This document shows positions 52,561 to 64,000 of a DNA stretch of 64,000 bases, piece after piece. Numbering within the stretch: position 1 is the first letter of the stretch; each line of letters begins with the position of its first letter. The notes under the pieces are model-generated. The model saw nothing but the letters and a program-made list of their open reading frames with translations. It was not told where the DNA came from and did no database searches. This stretch comes from Epiperipatus broadwayi (lineage: Eukaryota; Animalia; Onychophora), in the NCBI GenBank assembly GCA_028023455.1, contig JAQFVV010000003.1:24428001-24492000 (forward strand), in the 5' to 3' direction. The position numbers and the translations under genes are program-made.

Positions 52561-55505
52561 AATTATCTATTAGAATGGTGATACTAATATCATTTGGACT
52601 ACCTTCAATAGAAGTTATTTGTTTTACAATATAATTTGAAACAAAAATAGACATATCATGTTTAAAATGCATTCTATCATTAATCAATATAGTTCCAAGA
52701 ATTTTAAAAAGATATATTATTAGGAGAATAATGAGTCTCTTGAAGTACAATTGCATCAATGTTGTGCTAAACAATTTGTAAAGAATCTTCATTTTTGATT
52801 TTGATATAAGTAATTTTATTATTTTTTTAAAAAAGAAGAGATCATTATCAGTGGACACTAGTTAGTAATACCATATCCTAATCTTTAATTTCTGTTTCTT
52901 GATTTTTTTAATGAGAATGAATTTTCTCACACATATCCATCAGCCATCTCTAGTATTTTTTTACAGCATCCAAGTTAATGATTTTCAAACATCCTAAGAT
53001 TTTAGACCTAAGCCAGTTTGTATAGCTATATATGTTTGATTACATATTATAATGACATCAATTATATGCAAACTGTAGGCTTATTTCACTATTTGACATA
53101 TAAGTTTTTTGGCCTACTGTATAATTAAGTTAACTTGGAGCAAAATCTTAGGGTCTTTAAATAATTAACTTAAATAATATAAAGTAAATAAGGTGGTTTT
53201 TGAATGTGTTAGTGTATAATCTGGTGTTCCTCATTGAAAAAGACCATTAGACAGAAATTGGTGTGAGGATGTGAATGAAGTACTACCATCTAAGTTCTGT
53301 CAATCAATTATATTTACAAAGTGATCATTTTGGTGTAGATGTAATAAAGTGCAGATATGAAAAATGGAGAATTGGGTGATTGTTTAATACATGTGTATTA
53401 TGTAGATTGAGTAATCTGAATGTTTCAATTATATAGTAATATAGGTAAATGATGAATTTGTTAATCTACATTTTTCACATATACATATTAAAATCTTTTT
53501 TTCATTTTGTTATAGATAACAAAAGAGATTAAATTTAAGATAAAATCCCTGCTTTAAAAAATTAATATGTAATAAATTAAAGACAAATTTTAATTTCTCC
53601 AATGGCAATTTTAATATATTTTAGAAAATTGAACTCCTTCATGAAAAGCCCTTATTATAATTTTTTTTTTGTGCCACTTTGCAGATTGATGTTTACATAA
53701 TATGAATCTCCATAGCTTAATAGCTAGAAAGATGTCAAAGATTATAATTAAGAGAATTGACGTAGATATTTTTCTATTTGTTAATTTTTGGAAGAGGATA
53801 GGAGAAAAAATTTATAAGGATTATGGAAATTAAAGATATTTGTTAAAAAAAATAAATAATGTTTTTATTAAAATAATATCATTATGAAGTTGAAGATATT
53901 TATTATAACAGTGGAGGAAGTGAATAGAAACTTTAGCAAAAAAGAATGTGTTAAAAGATGAAGAAAAGATTTAAATTTATCGTGTGATTTATGTGGATGC
54001 AAAATAGAAGTTGTTGGACGTTTAATAAGGTAGAAAACAAATGATGATAAAATTGTGGGTTAAGTAGGAGCAAGATTTAAAAAAAAAGTTTCTTAGTATT
54101 GGAATAAAATAATGGAGAAAATGAAGAGAATTGAAACATAATAGAATATGAATAAGGAATTGGAGTTTTTACTAACACATTGTATGTATAAACTAATAAT
54201 AGCCAACATCTATTATGACTTACTTCAGATAAAGTGTATGCATAATTCATTATTTATTGAAATGGTAGTGAAAATTTTATCTTTGTGATTCAGATTTATT
54301 TTTCCTAGTTTTTCAATTTTTTCATTTTTAAAAAGCTATTTTTGTTTTTGAAGTATTTAGAAGATTCTTAAGGTAACTTTTTTTTAATGATTTTTTACAT
54401 GATGATTTATGGTTAACTGTAAAGGGGCATTTGTTTAACTTTTCCAATTTATCATTAATTGCTTTTAGACAAATCATAAAAGGTAACATTATTCAAATAA
54501 AGTTGTAATTTTATTATATCTTAGTTAAGGGTAAATATAAATAACCTTGCACTACTTATATAGCTGTAGAAACAAATTGGCTTGAATTCAAAACTTTAGG
54601 GTGTTTGAATCTCAGATCATTAGTTTCGACTATATGAAATATGTTTGCGAAATAGTAATCGAAAGGTCTATAAACTGAAATATAATTTGTATTACTTCCA
54701 AAGTTATTGGAAAAAAAAAAGTTTTACAACAATCATCTTTTAAAATAATAGTTTTGAAAGAAATATTGCCATAGGAAAAAAAATTACCTTTTTTTTTTAA
54801 AAAAAAAAATACAGACCGATTTTTAGCAATGTTGAAATAAAGATTGTAAAAATTACCTTTTTTTTAATTTTAAAAAAAAACCACTTTTAGAGTAAATAAT
54901 TAAAAAACAAAGATTGATTTTTAAAAAGTAATAATTTTAAAATACATCGATTTATTAATCGGTGAAATAGAATGTAACACTATAAAGTGGGAATGCATAT
55001 TTATATAGTTGTGGCTTCTAAATTTAATCACACCTGTCTATTATAGGTCATCCATTTTTTAAGTAGTATGTACATAAACTCTATCAAGCAAGCGTTTACT
55101 GAGCGCAGATTTTCCGTGTGTAACGTGGAGAAACAGCACATAGTGGGCTAGAATCTTGGTAGTTTCTGGTAGCAGACGATGTAAGGTAGATGTGTTTACG
55201 TCAATCAATGCCATCTAGGTTCTTGGTAGTTGCTGGTAGCAGACGACGTAAGCTATATGGGCATACGCATGGCAACCAGCACCACCAAGCGGGCAGCGCT
55301 GCCAGCTAGTTTGTGGAAGGTTCCTGTGCATACGCATGGTGAACAACACCACCTAGCGGCTGGAAAGAAGCATTTCTGCTTTTGGGACCCCTACCCTGTA
55401 TGTTTTGTGTGCTAACACAGAAACAGCGTCTCTAGCGGCCATCATGTACGTCGGGTGAAACTACCGAAATAAATAAAAGTAATTGCTAAATGTGTTGGTT
55501 TAGAG

Positions 55506-56760
55506 CAGAGGTATGAAACTAGTGATCCATAAGCCATGTGTGGCCCTCAATATAAATTTTTACAACTTGTATGAAAAAAAGAAGAAACGTGCATTACAAG
55601 GACTTGTGAACTATTTAATAAAAAAAGCAATGAAACAGATCATGAGGCAGTTGGCAATAAATATTACAGTGGAACCATGAACTAAGCTTTATTTAACTAT
55701 ACAACTTCTATTATATGCTATCTAAAGAAAAATGTAAACAAACAAAAAAAAAACCCATTAAAATTCACAAATTTTATATTTGAACAACCCCCTCCCCATA
55801 ACACCATGCACAATTATATAATTTCTTCAGTTTATGTTCAAAGCAAATATATTTTCTTTTTCTTTTATTATCCTTTCCGAATTTGATATGCAGTATTTCA
55901 CACAAATTATTTTCTAAGAGTAATGCTATAAATTTTACATAATTTTAGATCATACTTAAAGATAATACTATCTTTAAAAAAAGAAAGATCAAAATTTCAT
56001 TAAAGACACTAGTCTATTATGTTTTTAAAAGAAAGAAAAGTTATTGAAAAAAAGAGTATTGCCCAGAGCTTTTATTTTATAGTGGACAAAAGTCAGACAT
56101 TTAGCTATTTTATTTTAAAAATAAAAATACAATAATTAATTTTTTTCTTATTGTTTCAATGAAAGCATGAGTGAACACATTCAGTAAAATGTCCCCTTCA
56201 ATTTATTGCTAATAGCTATATTATCATTATTTTTTTAAAATTTTGTTTATACTATAACCTTTATATATGCATACTATACTTTTAAAAAAAGCATCTGTGT
56301 TATACATATATATATATATATGCATGTTGAAAAGTCCTGTACAGTAGTAGTTCAATAAACAATACTTATGTAGTCAGTGTTTATTAACAAAACAAGCTAT
56401 TTTATATACTATAGATATTTGAACAAAATATAGCATAGTTTGTGGCTCCACTGTTTATTCTTTTATTATGTATTATCATCAATCAGTAAATTATAATCAT
56501 TATGTATGTTTTTTGATTCCTTCTATTTAGTTCCTTTTGATTATTTATTGGCTTTATATTTTTAACTTGATTATAATTTTTGAATAATGTACTAAAAGAA
56601 ATTGATTTTATTTTAAGTTATCTATTAATTTGTTATTTACATATTAAAAAACTGTGAAATATGAAAGCAGAATCAGTAACATACTATCATGTAACATGAC
56701 CTACATTAATTTTATCTATTAGAACAATAGTCTTTTTCTAAAATAAGTTTAACACCCCTG
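55506..56760. mobile_element. Old hAT (Charlie-like) non-autonomous element
   Basis: TIRs CAGAGGTATGAAAC / GTTTAACACCCCTG; near-matching 8-bp flanks GTTTAGAG / GTTTGAAG. Confidence 0.6.
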
Positions 56761-59700
56761 GTTTGAAGTATAATGTCCCTCACTGAAAAAGGCTATTAGC
56801 AAGAAAGTAGTCTGAGAAATAAATGATGCTCTTTGAGGAATCTAATTAGCATTTTTTAGTTTTTAGTATAGTTTTTAATAATATTATATAATTTCAAAGA
56901 TAATTAGATATATCTTATAATAAGTAATCAGTTATATAATTAATATATTAAAGAGCACATTTAAGCACAGTCTATTAGTTCATTATTTAAGTGAGGTTTG
57001 AGATTTTATATAAAGTCTAAATCCTGAACTATGACACTACAAAATTCACAAAACTGGGTTCAGGGAACTCCTATCAAGATTGCCTCAAAATCACTAACCA
57101 CAAATCAGAGTTTTATATTGTCACAATTAAGAATTTGGTTATTATATAATAATATCTTATGTTTTAATTAAATAAATAATGAGATAATAGAAGGTGCTTA
57201 AATAATCTCATTCATAATATTGATATTGTGTTTTTTAGGGTTTCACTAATATAATCACATGCTAATTTAAAATTATGTTAAGTGATTAATCTTACTTTTT
57301 AGTACATAATTCTTTTTTAATCTTCGATATAACATGGACTTCTCTTTTACTTCTAATTCTGTAATATGTTATGTTTTTGACATTCTTTCAAATTTCTATT
57401 TAAACAAATGTTGATACCAATTTTCCTTCTATCTTGCAACAGCATTCTTATCCTGCAAAATCAAGAGGGAAATCTTTAGAGGAAATGATAATGGATAAGC
57501 ATCTGAGAACATTCTTTTTCTTTCTACTAGAAGCAGTGAGTCAACTTACCAGAAAATACTCAACTGGATTCACAGTAGACACCATAATCTGATATAAGAT
57601 TGTTTAAGAATATGAGTGGATGGCCAACAAGATTGCAACTATTGTTCTGAATCTGTTAAAAGAAGTTTGAGAAATTCTTATAAAAAATGGAAAGTATCTG
57701 ATGCAAACAAACTGATTACTCATGAATAGACTTCTGAAATGGAACCCTAAATGCCTGTAGCTGAACAAAAGACATCTAGTAAATAACAAATATCTACACT
57801 TGCGAAGCAATAAGAATTTTTTACTGAATTAAATATACTGGAATGTCAAGTTTTAAAGAAGATAAAAAACTAATAGCCCATTTGAAGGACTTTCTATACT
57901 CAACAACTAAAGTATGTCACAAAATACAGTAAGGAATATTCCATTTTCTAGAATAGAGGGAGGTATATTATGTCCACCTTACCAAATCATATAAGTATTG
58001 GCTATTCATTTATTGCCAGATGAGTATGAAGGTAAATAACTACAGCATATAGTTACTAAAATTCAATGCATATAATAGTTGATGTGCCTACTTGGGTGTC
58101 TTGTGCATAAGTTATTAAACAAGCATCTAATTTAGTAATAGGATTGCATAAACAAGTATTGTTGGAAATCAACCCACCAATAAATGAGATAACTATTGTC
58201 TATAAAGACATGATTCCAATATCCTCTTGTCACTTAAAATAATTCAAAAGGAATACATACTTAGGATGCATCATAGGTCATACAAACCTTTACCATTATT
58301 TTCTAAAAGTCTTCAGCCCGACTAACTTATTAAATAAATTAACTTGCCTATATTATTCAAAAGGGTCCCCTACTTTATGAATTAAATTTTGTGAATTATA
58401 GAAGTAATTTACTGGTTTTTTAAGGACCAACATGTAGACTCATATAAAGATCCAGATCAATAAATAATATACGTAGCAATGCAGTCAAATGGTAACTTAT
58501 CTGCATGCCCACAGAATTTTGCATTTATAAGCAGTTCATTATCAGTCTTCTGAAATAAGTGAATTTGACTTATTGTAACTTGTATCCAAAATGAACTCTC
58601 ACTTAAGAGATTTGTTCAATTCAGTGATATATATATATAAGAGATAAAATGTTTAAAAGGAAATAAAATAGTTTTGTCTCTATTGAAACACAATATTAAG
58701 ACAATCAGGATGTGATCTCAGATTTGAGATCAGAAATAGAGTTCAAAATAGTAATAAAGTTAATGTTCATAATTGTGACTACTATTGTCTAATGTTACAG
58801 TCTAAAGATATAAAAGTTCAGTAGAGCATTGTGAATACATAAAATGCAATTAATACTCATTTAAAGTCATTAAAAGTCCAAGAGATCCAAAATAGCTCAA
58901 ATAGGGTTATTTGAAAAGATTGATCTGAGAGTTCAATAAGATGATCTGCATTTCTGGAAAGACTTCACTTTTTTAGACCCTAATGAAATAAAAGCTTAAT
59001 TAAAATTGACATCATTGGTGTTTGTGAGCCTGTGACATAAAGATTTGCAATCTTGAGCAATGCCTATTTATTTCTCTGAGCAAACTTATGATAAGGCTAT
59101 AGAACTGGTAAATACAAAATTTGTAAAAATAATTGTAAAAGTATAAGTTTAAACTTTATAGTCAAGAGAATGATAAGAAAGTAGTTAACTATGATCTGAG
59201 CTTTAGAATATAGTTTTAGGTGAAAGTTGAGACATATCTCAGTGAGGCACTAAAAGAAAGGTTCTTTTGTGACATGAAAGACCATAATCTGAGGCTCAAG
59301 TAATGGACTCCAGTACAACATTTGAATTATTAATCTGCTAGGCATCTATAGGAAAAGTCATTAACCAATCAGCATTTTTGCTAAAAAACTAACTAGAAAT
59401 TGAAATGGCAGAGCAAATGGCTGTTCATGATGTGCAAGAGACCCATCAATGTATAAAGAAAAAAATAATCACTCCTTATCCACAAACATGATTTGTCATT
59501 TCTACCATTGTATTGGACATATTGAGGTTGCCTGTTTTTCAAAAAATATATAGGCTATTAGCTCATGATATAAAATAACTAATCAGTTGTTTAGCAAGGA
59601 GTTAAAAATAACTAGCATTTAAAAAAAATCATAATAGAAATATCAGCTTTTTAGAACACAGATCATCTTTAATGTCACTTGTATAACATTAGAGATTGAC

Positions 59701-61381
59701 TCTGGTTTGATAGTCTCCATTATTTTAAAAACTTGGATGAAAATAAGTCAAAATTAGAAAGCAAACTCATGAATGGATACTAGAGCAAAGTAACCACACT
59801 CCTGAGCTGTAATTGTTCAAATCAGTATAAATCTAATCATTATTGGCATAAAAGAAAGTGTTTTGAGTCAGCATTTGGATGTTATCAAGATACACTCATC
59901 CATTTATTTATAAATAAAGAAGTAAAGTTGATCATTTGTCACTGAGGTCATTATCTATTGTTTTAAGAGCTAAAATATCTGAGGTGTTAAATAGGTTCAA
60001 TGAAATGGTATCATTCAGAATGGGAATTATAGCTGTATTATAAATAAAACAGTATTACTTAATAATTACTTTTCTCTTAAAGTGAATTTTATAATAAAGA
60101 GATGCATGATTACATTATTTGCTACTTTTGTGTGTGTATATTTGAGAGAAAAATGGAAGCTAACGATGAAAAATCTTGAAATAAACATGAAGATTTGTAC
60201 ATGAACGAATCCACATTTTTCATATACAATAGTATATTTTAAAATTGCTTTGTTGTTATTTTTACTGCAAAATATATAAAATTCTATTGAGATAATTTTT
60301 AATATATATATAATGATTACTTTTTAAATAAATTGTTCCATTTCTACTGCAGAAATGCAACATAAAAGTACATAATATTTTTAATCATTTTTTAAAAATT
60401 CCTGCCAAAGCTATGAAATATTTGCACTATGAATTTTAGAGAATTTTTTATTATTATTATTATTTTAAAAAATCACAACAATATACTTGAGCATCATTTG
60501 ATCAGATAAGTAAATAAATTGTTTAATATGATTCTAATGTTAAATAATAATGAAACATCTTTTAATTATAATCTTTATTCAGTGAAAAACACTTCCATTT
60601 AGAATTCTGCGATAAATTGTTTCACATCAACCAGTCATCACTATAAAATCAAAGCAAAATGATTAAAGAAATGCAAAATATATTATAAATATAATAATTT
60701 AAGAAAATAATATGAAATAGTAGATCAAAGGTATTATAAAATTAGTGCTATAGGGATACACATTAAGACAATATGGCATCATTGAAAATGATGGTTTCTT
60801 AAAGAGAGGTAATGAGACAATATGGTCTTAAGAATAATTAGTTATTTAATGATTAAATATTTAAGCATTTGTAATGAATTTGATGCATATAAAAATTACA
60901 TTAATTGCAAGGAAATCAAGTCATACACATAACCTAATAAGCTTGTATTTTAAATATTATATAGTGAGCATGATAATAGCTCTTAAGTTTTTCAGAATAT
61001 CCCTATCCTCAGATTTGACCTGGTATTTTAAATATAATGCTTGAATATTCTAATGCCTCACTGATGAAAACCGCTTGGTAAGAGCTTTTGGCACACTCAT
61101 TATATAATAAATGTACACTAAAATAAACTTAAAATTTTGGTTAAAAAAAAAAATTAGTTTACTTTTTTTTTAATTGTAAGAATCAGAATTTTGAGATTAG
61201 TTAAGAAACAGTTATCTATTAATCTGTTCAAATATTTTTATTTTTGTAAATATTTTATGTAAATGAAGTCTGCTTATTCTCAAAAGCTAATTGTCAATTT
61301 ATCTCAGTGTTGAGAAGATTCTGTAAATAATTAAGTTTTGCATTTATCAAATTCTTAAATTAGTTAAGCTATGTAAAATTT

Positions 61382-61682
61382 AAAAACAAAGGCAAAACTC
61401 TCCATACAGTAGTGCCACCCTGTGCTAACCAGAGTAATCAATGGATGCCAGAAGGTCTAGGTGCAGTGCTCTCAGATCCAAGTCTCCTCACTGATGATGA
61501 CCACAAGCCAGAAACTCTGGGGATATTGGATGAGTAGGCCCTAGATAGGGATTTTATGCACAAGCCTTCTGGCATCCATTGATTACTCTGTTTAGCACAG
61601 GGTGGCACTACTGTATGGAGAGTTTTGCCTTTGTTTACAACAATTATGTGCTAGTATAAGAGATGGTGATCATGTGATGTTT
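61382..61682. mobile_element. Family A fold-back element, copy 4, with HHR at 61485-61523 (+, 3-nt deletion in stem III)
   Basis: ~70-bp inverted arms; UCCUCA CUGAUGA UGAC CACAA GCCA GAAAC --- UC UGGGGA; 12-bp TSD TATGTAAAATTT at 61370-61381 and 61683-61694. Confidence 0.9.
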
Positions 61683-61968
61683 TATGTAAAATTTCTTGGA
61701 ATTCTTTGTAATATGCTCATAAACAGAATATATTTGTTATTTATAATTTGATTGACAATTTCAAAGAATTTAAGTTTTGCATTTATCAAATTCTTAAAGT
61801 AGTTAAGCTATGTTGTAAAATTCTTGGAATTCTTTGTAATTAGCTCATAAACAGAAGAGTTTAATTGAAAATTTAAAAATAGAATTTCCATAAGAAAACT
61901 TAACCTGAAACTCATTCAGTGTATAAGTTTGTGTAATAAAACCATGCATGCAATACTAGCTATTGATA

Positions 61969-62319
61969 TTTCACAGAGGCAAAACTCCATACAATAGTGC
62001 CACTCAGTGCAAGCCAGAGTAATCAATGGATGCAGGAAGGTTTGTGCATAAAATCCCTATCTAGTGCCTACTCGTCCAATATTCCCAGACTAGTTTCTAG
62101 CTTGTGGCTTTCATCAGTGAGGAACCTTGGATCTGAGAGAACCACCTCGATCTTAGGATCTAATGAAACCCTCCAGCAGGCACTAAATAGGGATTTTATG
62201 CACAAACCTTCCTGCATCCAGTGATTACTCTGTTTTGCACTGAGTGGTGCTACTGCATGGAGAGTTTTGCCTCTGTGAAAAACATCTTGGGTAAGCATAA
62301 AGAATGGTGATCATGTGAT
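61969..62319. mobile_element. Family A fold-back element, copy 5
   Basis: ~105-bp inverted arms, terminus GGTGATCATGTGAT; no clear TSD. Confidence 0.85.
62082..62123 (-). ncRNA. Type I hammerhead ribozyme (family A), catalytic core intact
   Basis: UCCUCA CUGAUGA A-AGC CACAA GCU-A GAAAC UA GUC UGGGAA; stem II shows a compensatory change (AGC/GCU versus GGC/GCC in copy 1). Confidence 0.85.
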
Positions 62320-63663
62320 ACTACCAAAGCTTTGAAATTATATTTGGCTAAAACTCTTGAATGATCTGCTTTATTCCCATTATCTTATGTCCATCATCAT
62401 CTCAAATGTGAACAAAGACACTTACAATTACCATTTCAATTATAGTATTCAACAACATTCATCATTCTAGTCTTGAGCTAAGAGCTATGGTATAAAGGTT
62501 TATATAAAGAAGTACTGTCAATTTGGAATTAAAAGTGGCATAATTTAACAAAAGTTATATTTTCCATTTTAAAACTAAAAATCAACCACAATTTTGACCC
62601 CCAAAAAATAACAGGAAGGATTGCTGTTAATCATTTAAAATTTTGAAATCTGAAAGAATTGTTATGAAAGTGAGAGTCAATGTAGGTAAGTATTGTGATT
62701 AGCAAATATACATACAACTTACTTTGTTTAAAACCTTGGGTAAAACACAAGAACTTTATTTCTTTTTTTATACTTAATCTTTTTTCTTTGTTACTTCATT
62801 AACATTTGTGCTGTTCTTTTAATTATTTTCTCAAACAATATTTAGCTGAATTATTTTATTTTTTAGTAAAATATTCTTGAATTGGAATTTTTTTTTCCAA
62901 TACAGACTTATTTAATTTTAATAATTTAGGTGTTTCAAGAGTTAAGCTAAAGTTATAAGTAATGATTGGATTATAGTCTATTTGTTGCAAAAATATAATA
63001 AATGCTACTGTTCTTGATTTAATTTTGGGTGCAATATTTTTGTACATTTATTTTATGTATACATTTTTGTTTACTCAATAACATGCTCTTGGGCTACTTA
63101 GCTATTTATAATGTTATTCAATATGGGAATAAACCATACAAATTATTTTGTCAACCAAATAAGGCTATGCATGTCACTTATTGAATTGAAAAAAAAAACA
63201 CAACTTTATATCAGTTTTTCAGTCCTGGGCCATATGAAGTTTCCCATGTTGTAAATTAATACCATGTGGTTTGATCTCGTGGTAGAGTGGCAAGCTGAAG
63301 TGCAAGATTCATGAATTGCAAGCTTTGTTTTTTAATATTATTTAAACCTTAATTAGGAACTCCTGAGCAATGAATCATTTGATTATTAATTTAATATTTC
63401 ATGTATATACTATTTCAGTAATAAACTGTTTTAATATTAATTTCACCATAGTTCTTTAATCTCTTAATACAAGATCTTAATTATAATATTAAGTCTGATC
63501 TCGTGCTTCTACTGTGGGTGTGGGTATATAATATTTACACACATATATAATTATTTCAGTTAGAGAGCTGAATTTAAAGACTTGTAGATATCTAAAAATT
63601 TCAGATCTTAAGAGTTAACTTAGGTAAATGCGTAGCTGGAGTTAGTTTTTTAAATCTAGTGAA

Positions 63664-63715
63664 CTATTCTCCTTACTGAAGAGAGCAATAGCTTGAAACT
63701 GATCTGGGGATGGAT
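63664..63715 (+). ncRNA. Type I hammerhead ribozyme in a family B-related element (~63560-63800)
   Basis: AUUC UCCUUA CUGAAGA GAGC AAUA GCUU GAAAC UG AUC UGGGGA U GGAU; downstream flank TAGATAAAGAT...GCTTTCTCT...CTTGTTTAGAGCTA resembles family B 14840-14905. Confidence 0.75.
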
Positions 63716-64000
63716 ACAATTCTAGATAAAGATGATTTGAATGCTTTCTCTTGTAGTATTTATCATTAAAAAAACTTGTTTAGAGCTATTAGCATACTCT
63801 TTATATTATATATATTGTGACAGAATGGGTTCAAACACAGTCACAACTAATATCGGTGACAGTCAGTACACATTTAGATGGCATATATATATTTAATTTT
63901 ATTACATGAGGGTGGCTACTTAAATATACAAATGAGGGGGGTCCTCTGTCATTTTGAAATGAGGTATGTGTGTTACAAACGTGTGTGTGAATGCGTTTTG

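Noticed and set aside
57600-60000. Possible decayed DDE transposase (SCNCSNQYKS resembling SDNC..QYK)
   Set aside because: A single weak motif amid many stops; cannot be supported without a profile search.
61382-62319. Family A as classical TIR MITEs or as CRISPR-like arrays
   Set aside because: Arm lengths vary between copies, a one-sided tail extends beyond the inverted repeat, and TSDs are 11-13 bp and variable. This fits retroposition with inversion; there is no regular repeat-spacer array.
63817-64000. Start of an LTR (TGTGACAG...)
   Set aside because: Cut by the window end; no second terminus is available to test.

Overview
AT-rich animal genomic DNA, probably arthropod (inference from composition and repeat content), made mostly of introns and transposon debris. 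One host gene is well supported: a three-exon acyl-CoA thioesterase 13 (ACOT13/THEM2, hot-dog fold, 143 aa). Its exons are 19782-19859, 41850-42034 and 49982-50150, with introns of 22 kb and 8 kb. Around it lie decayed LINEs (PHD+esterase ORF1), Penelope-like element (PLE) RT/GIY-YIG remnants, hAT and Tc1/mariner derivatives, and a short tRNA-derived SINE. The most notable signal is about ten type I hammerhead ribozyme (HHR) motifs, ranging from near-intact to relic, in several small non-coding retroelement families. These include fold-back elements with 11-13 bp target-site duplications and a fixed 3' end, a fold-back element joining a tRNA-like Pol III head to an HHR, and a TG...CA LTR-like repeat pair with one HHR per repeat followed by a tRNA-Ala-like primer-binding site. 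The last resembles an LTR-type retrozyme, an architecture I know from plants rather than animals. All alignments and folds were done by eye, and no ribozyme activity is shown.
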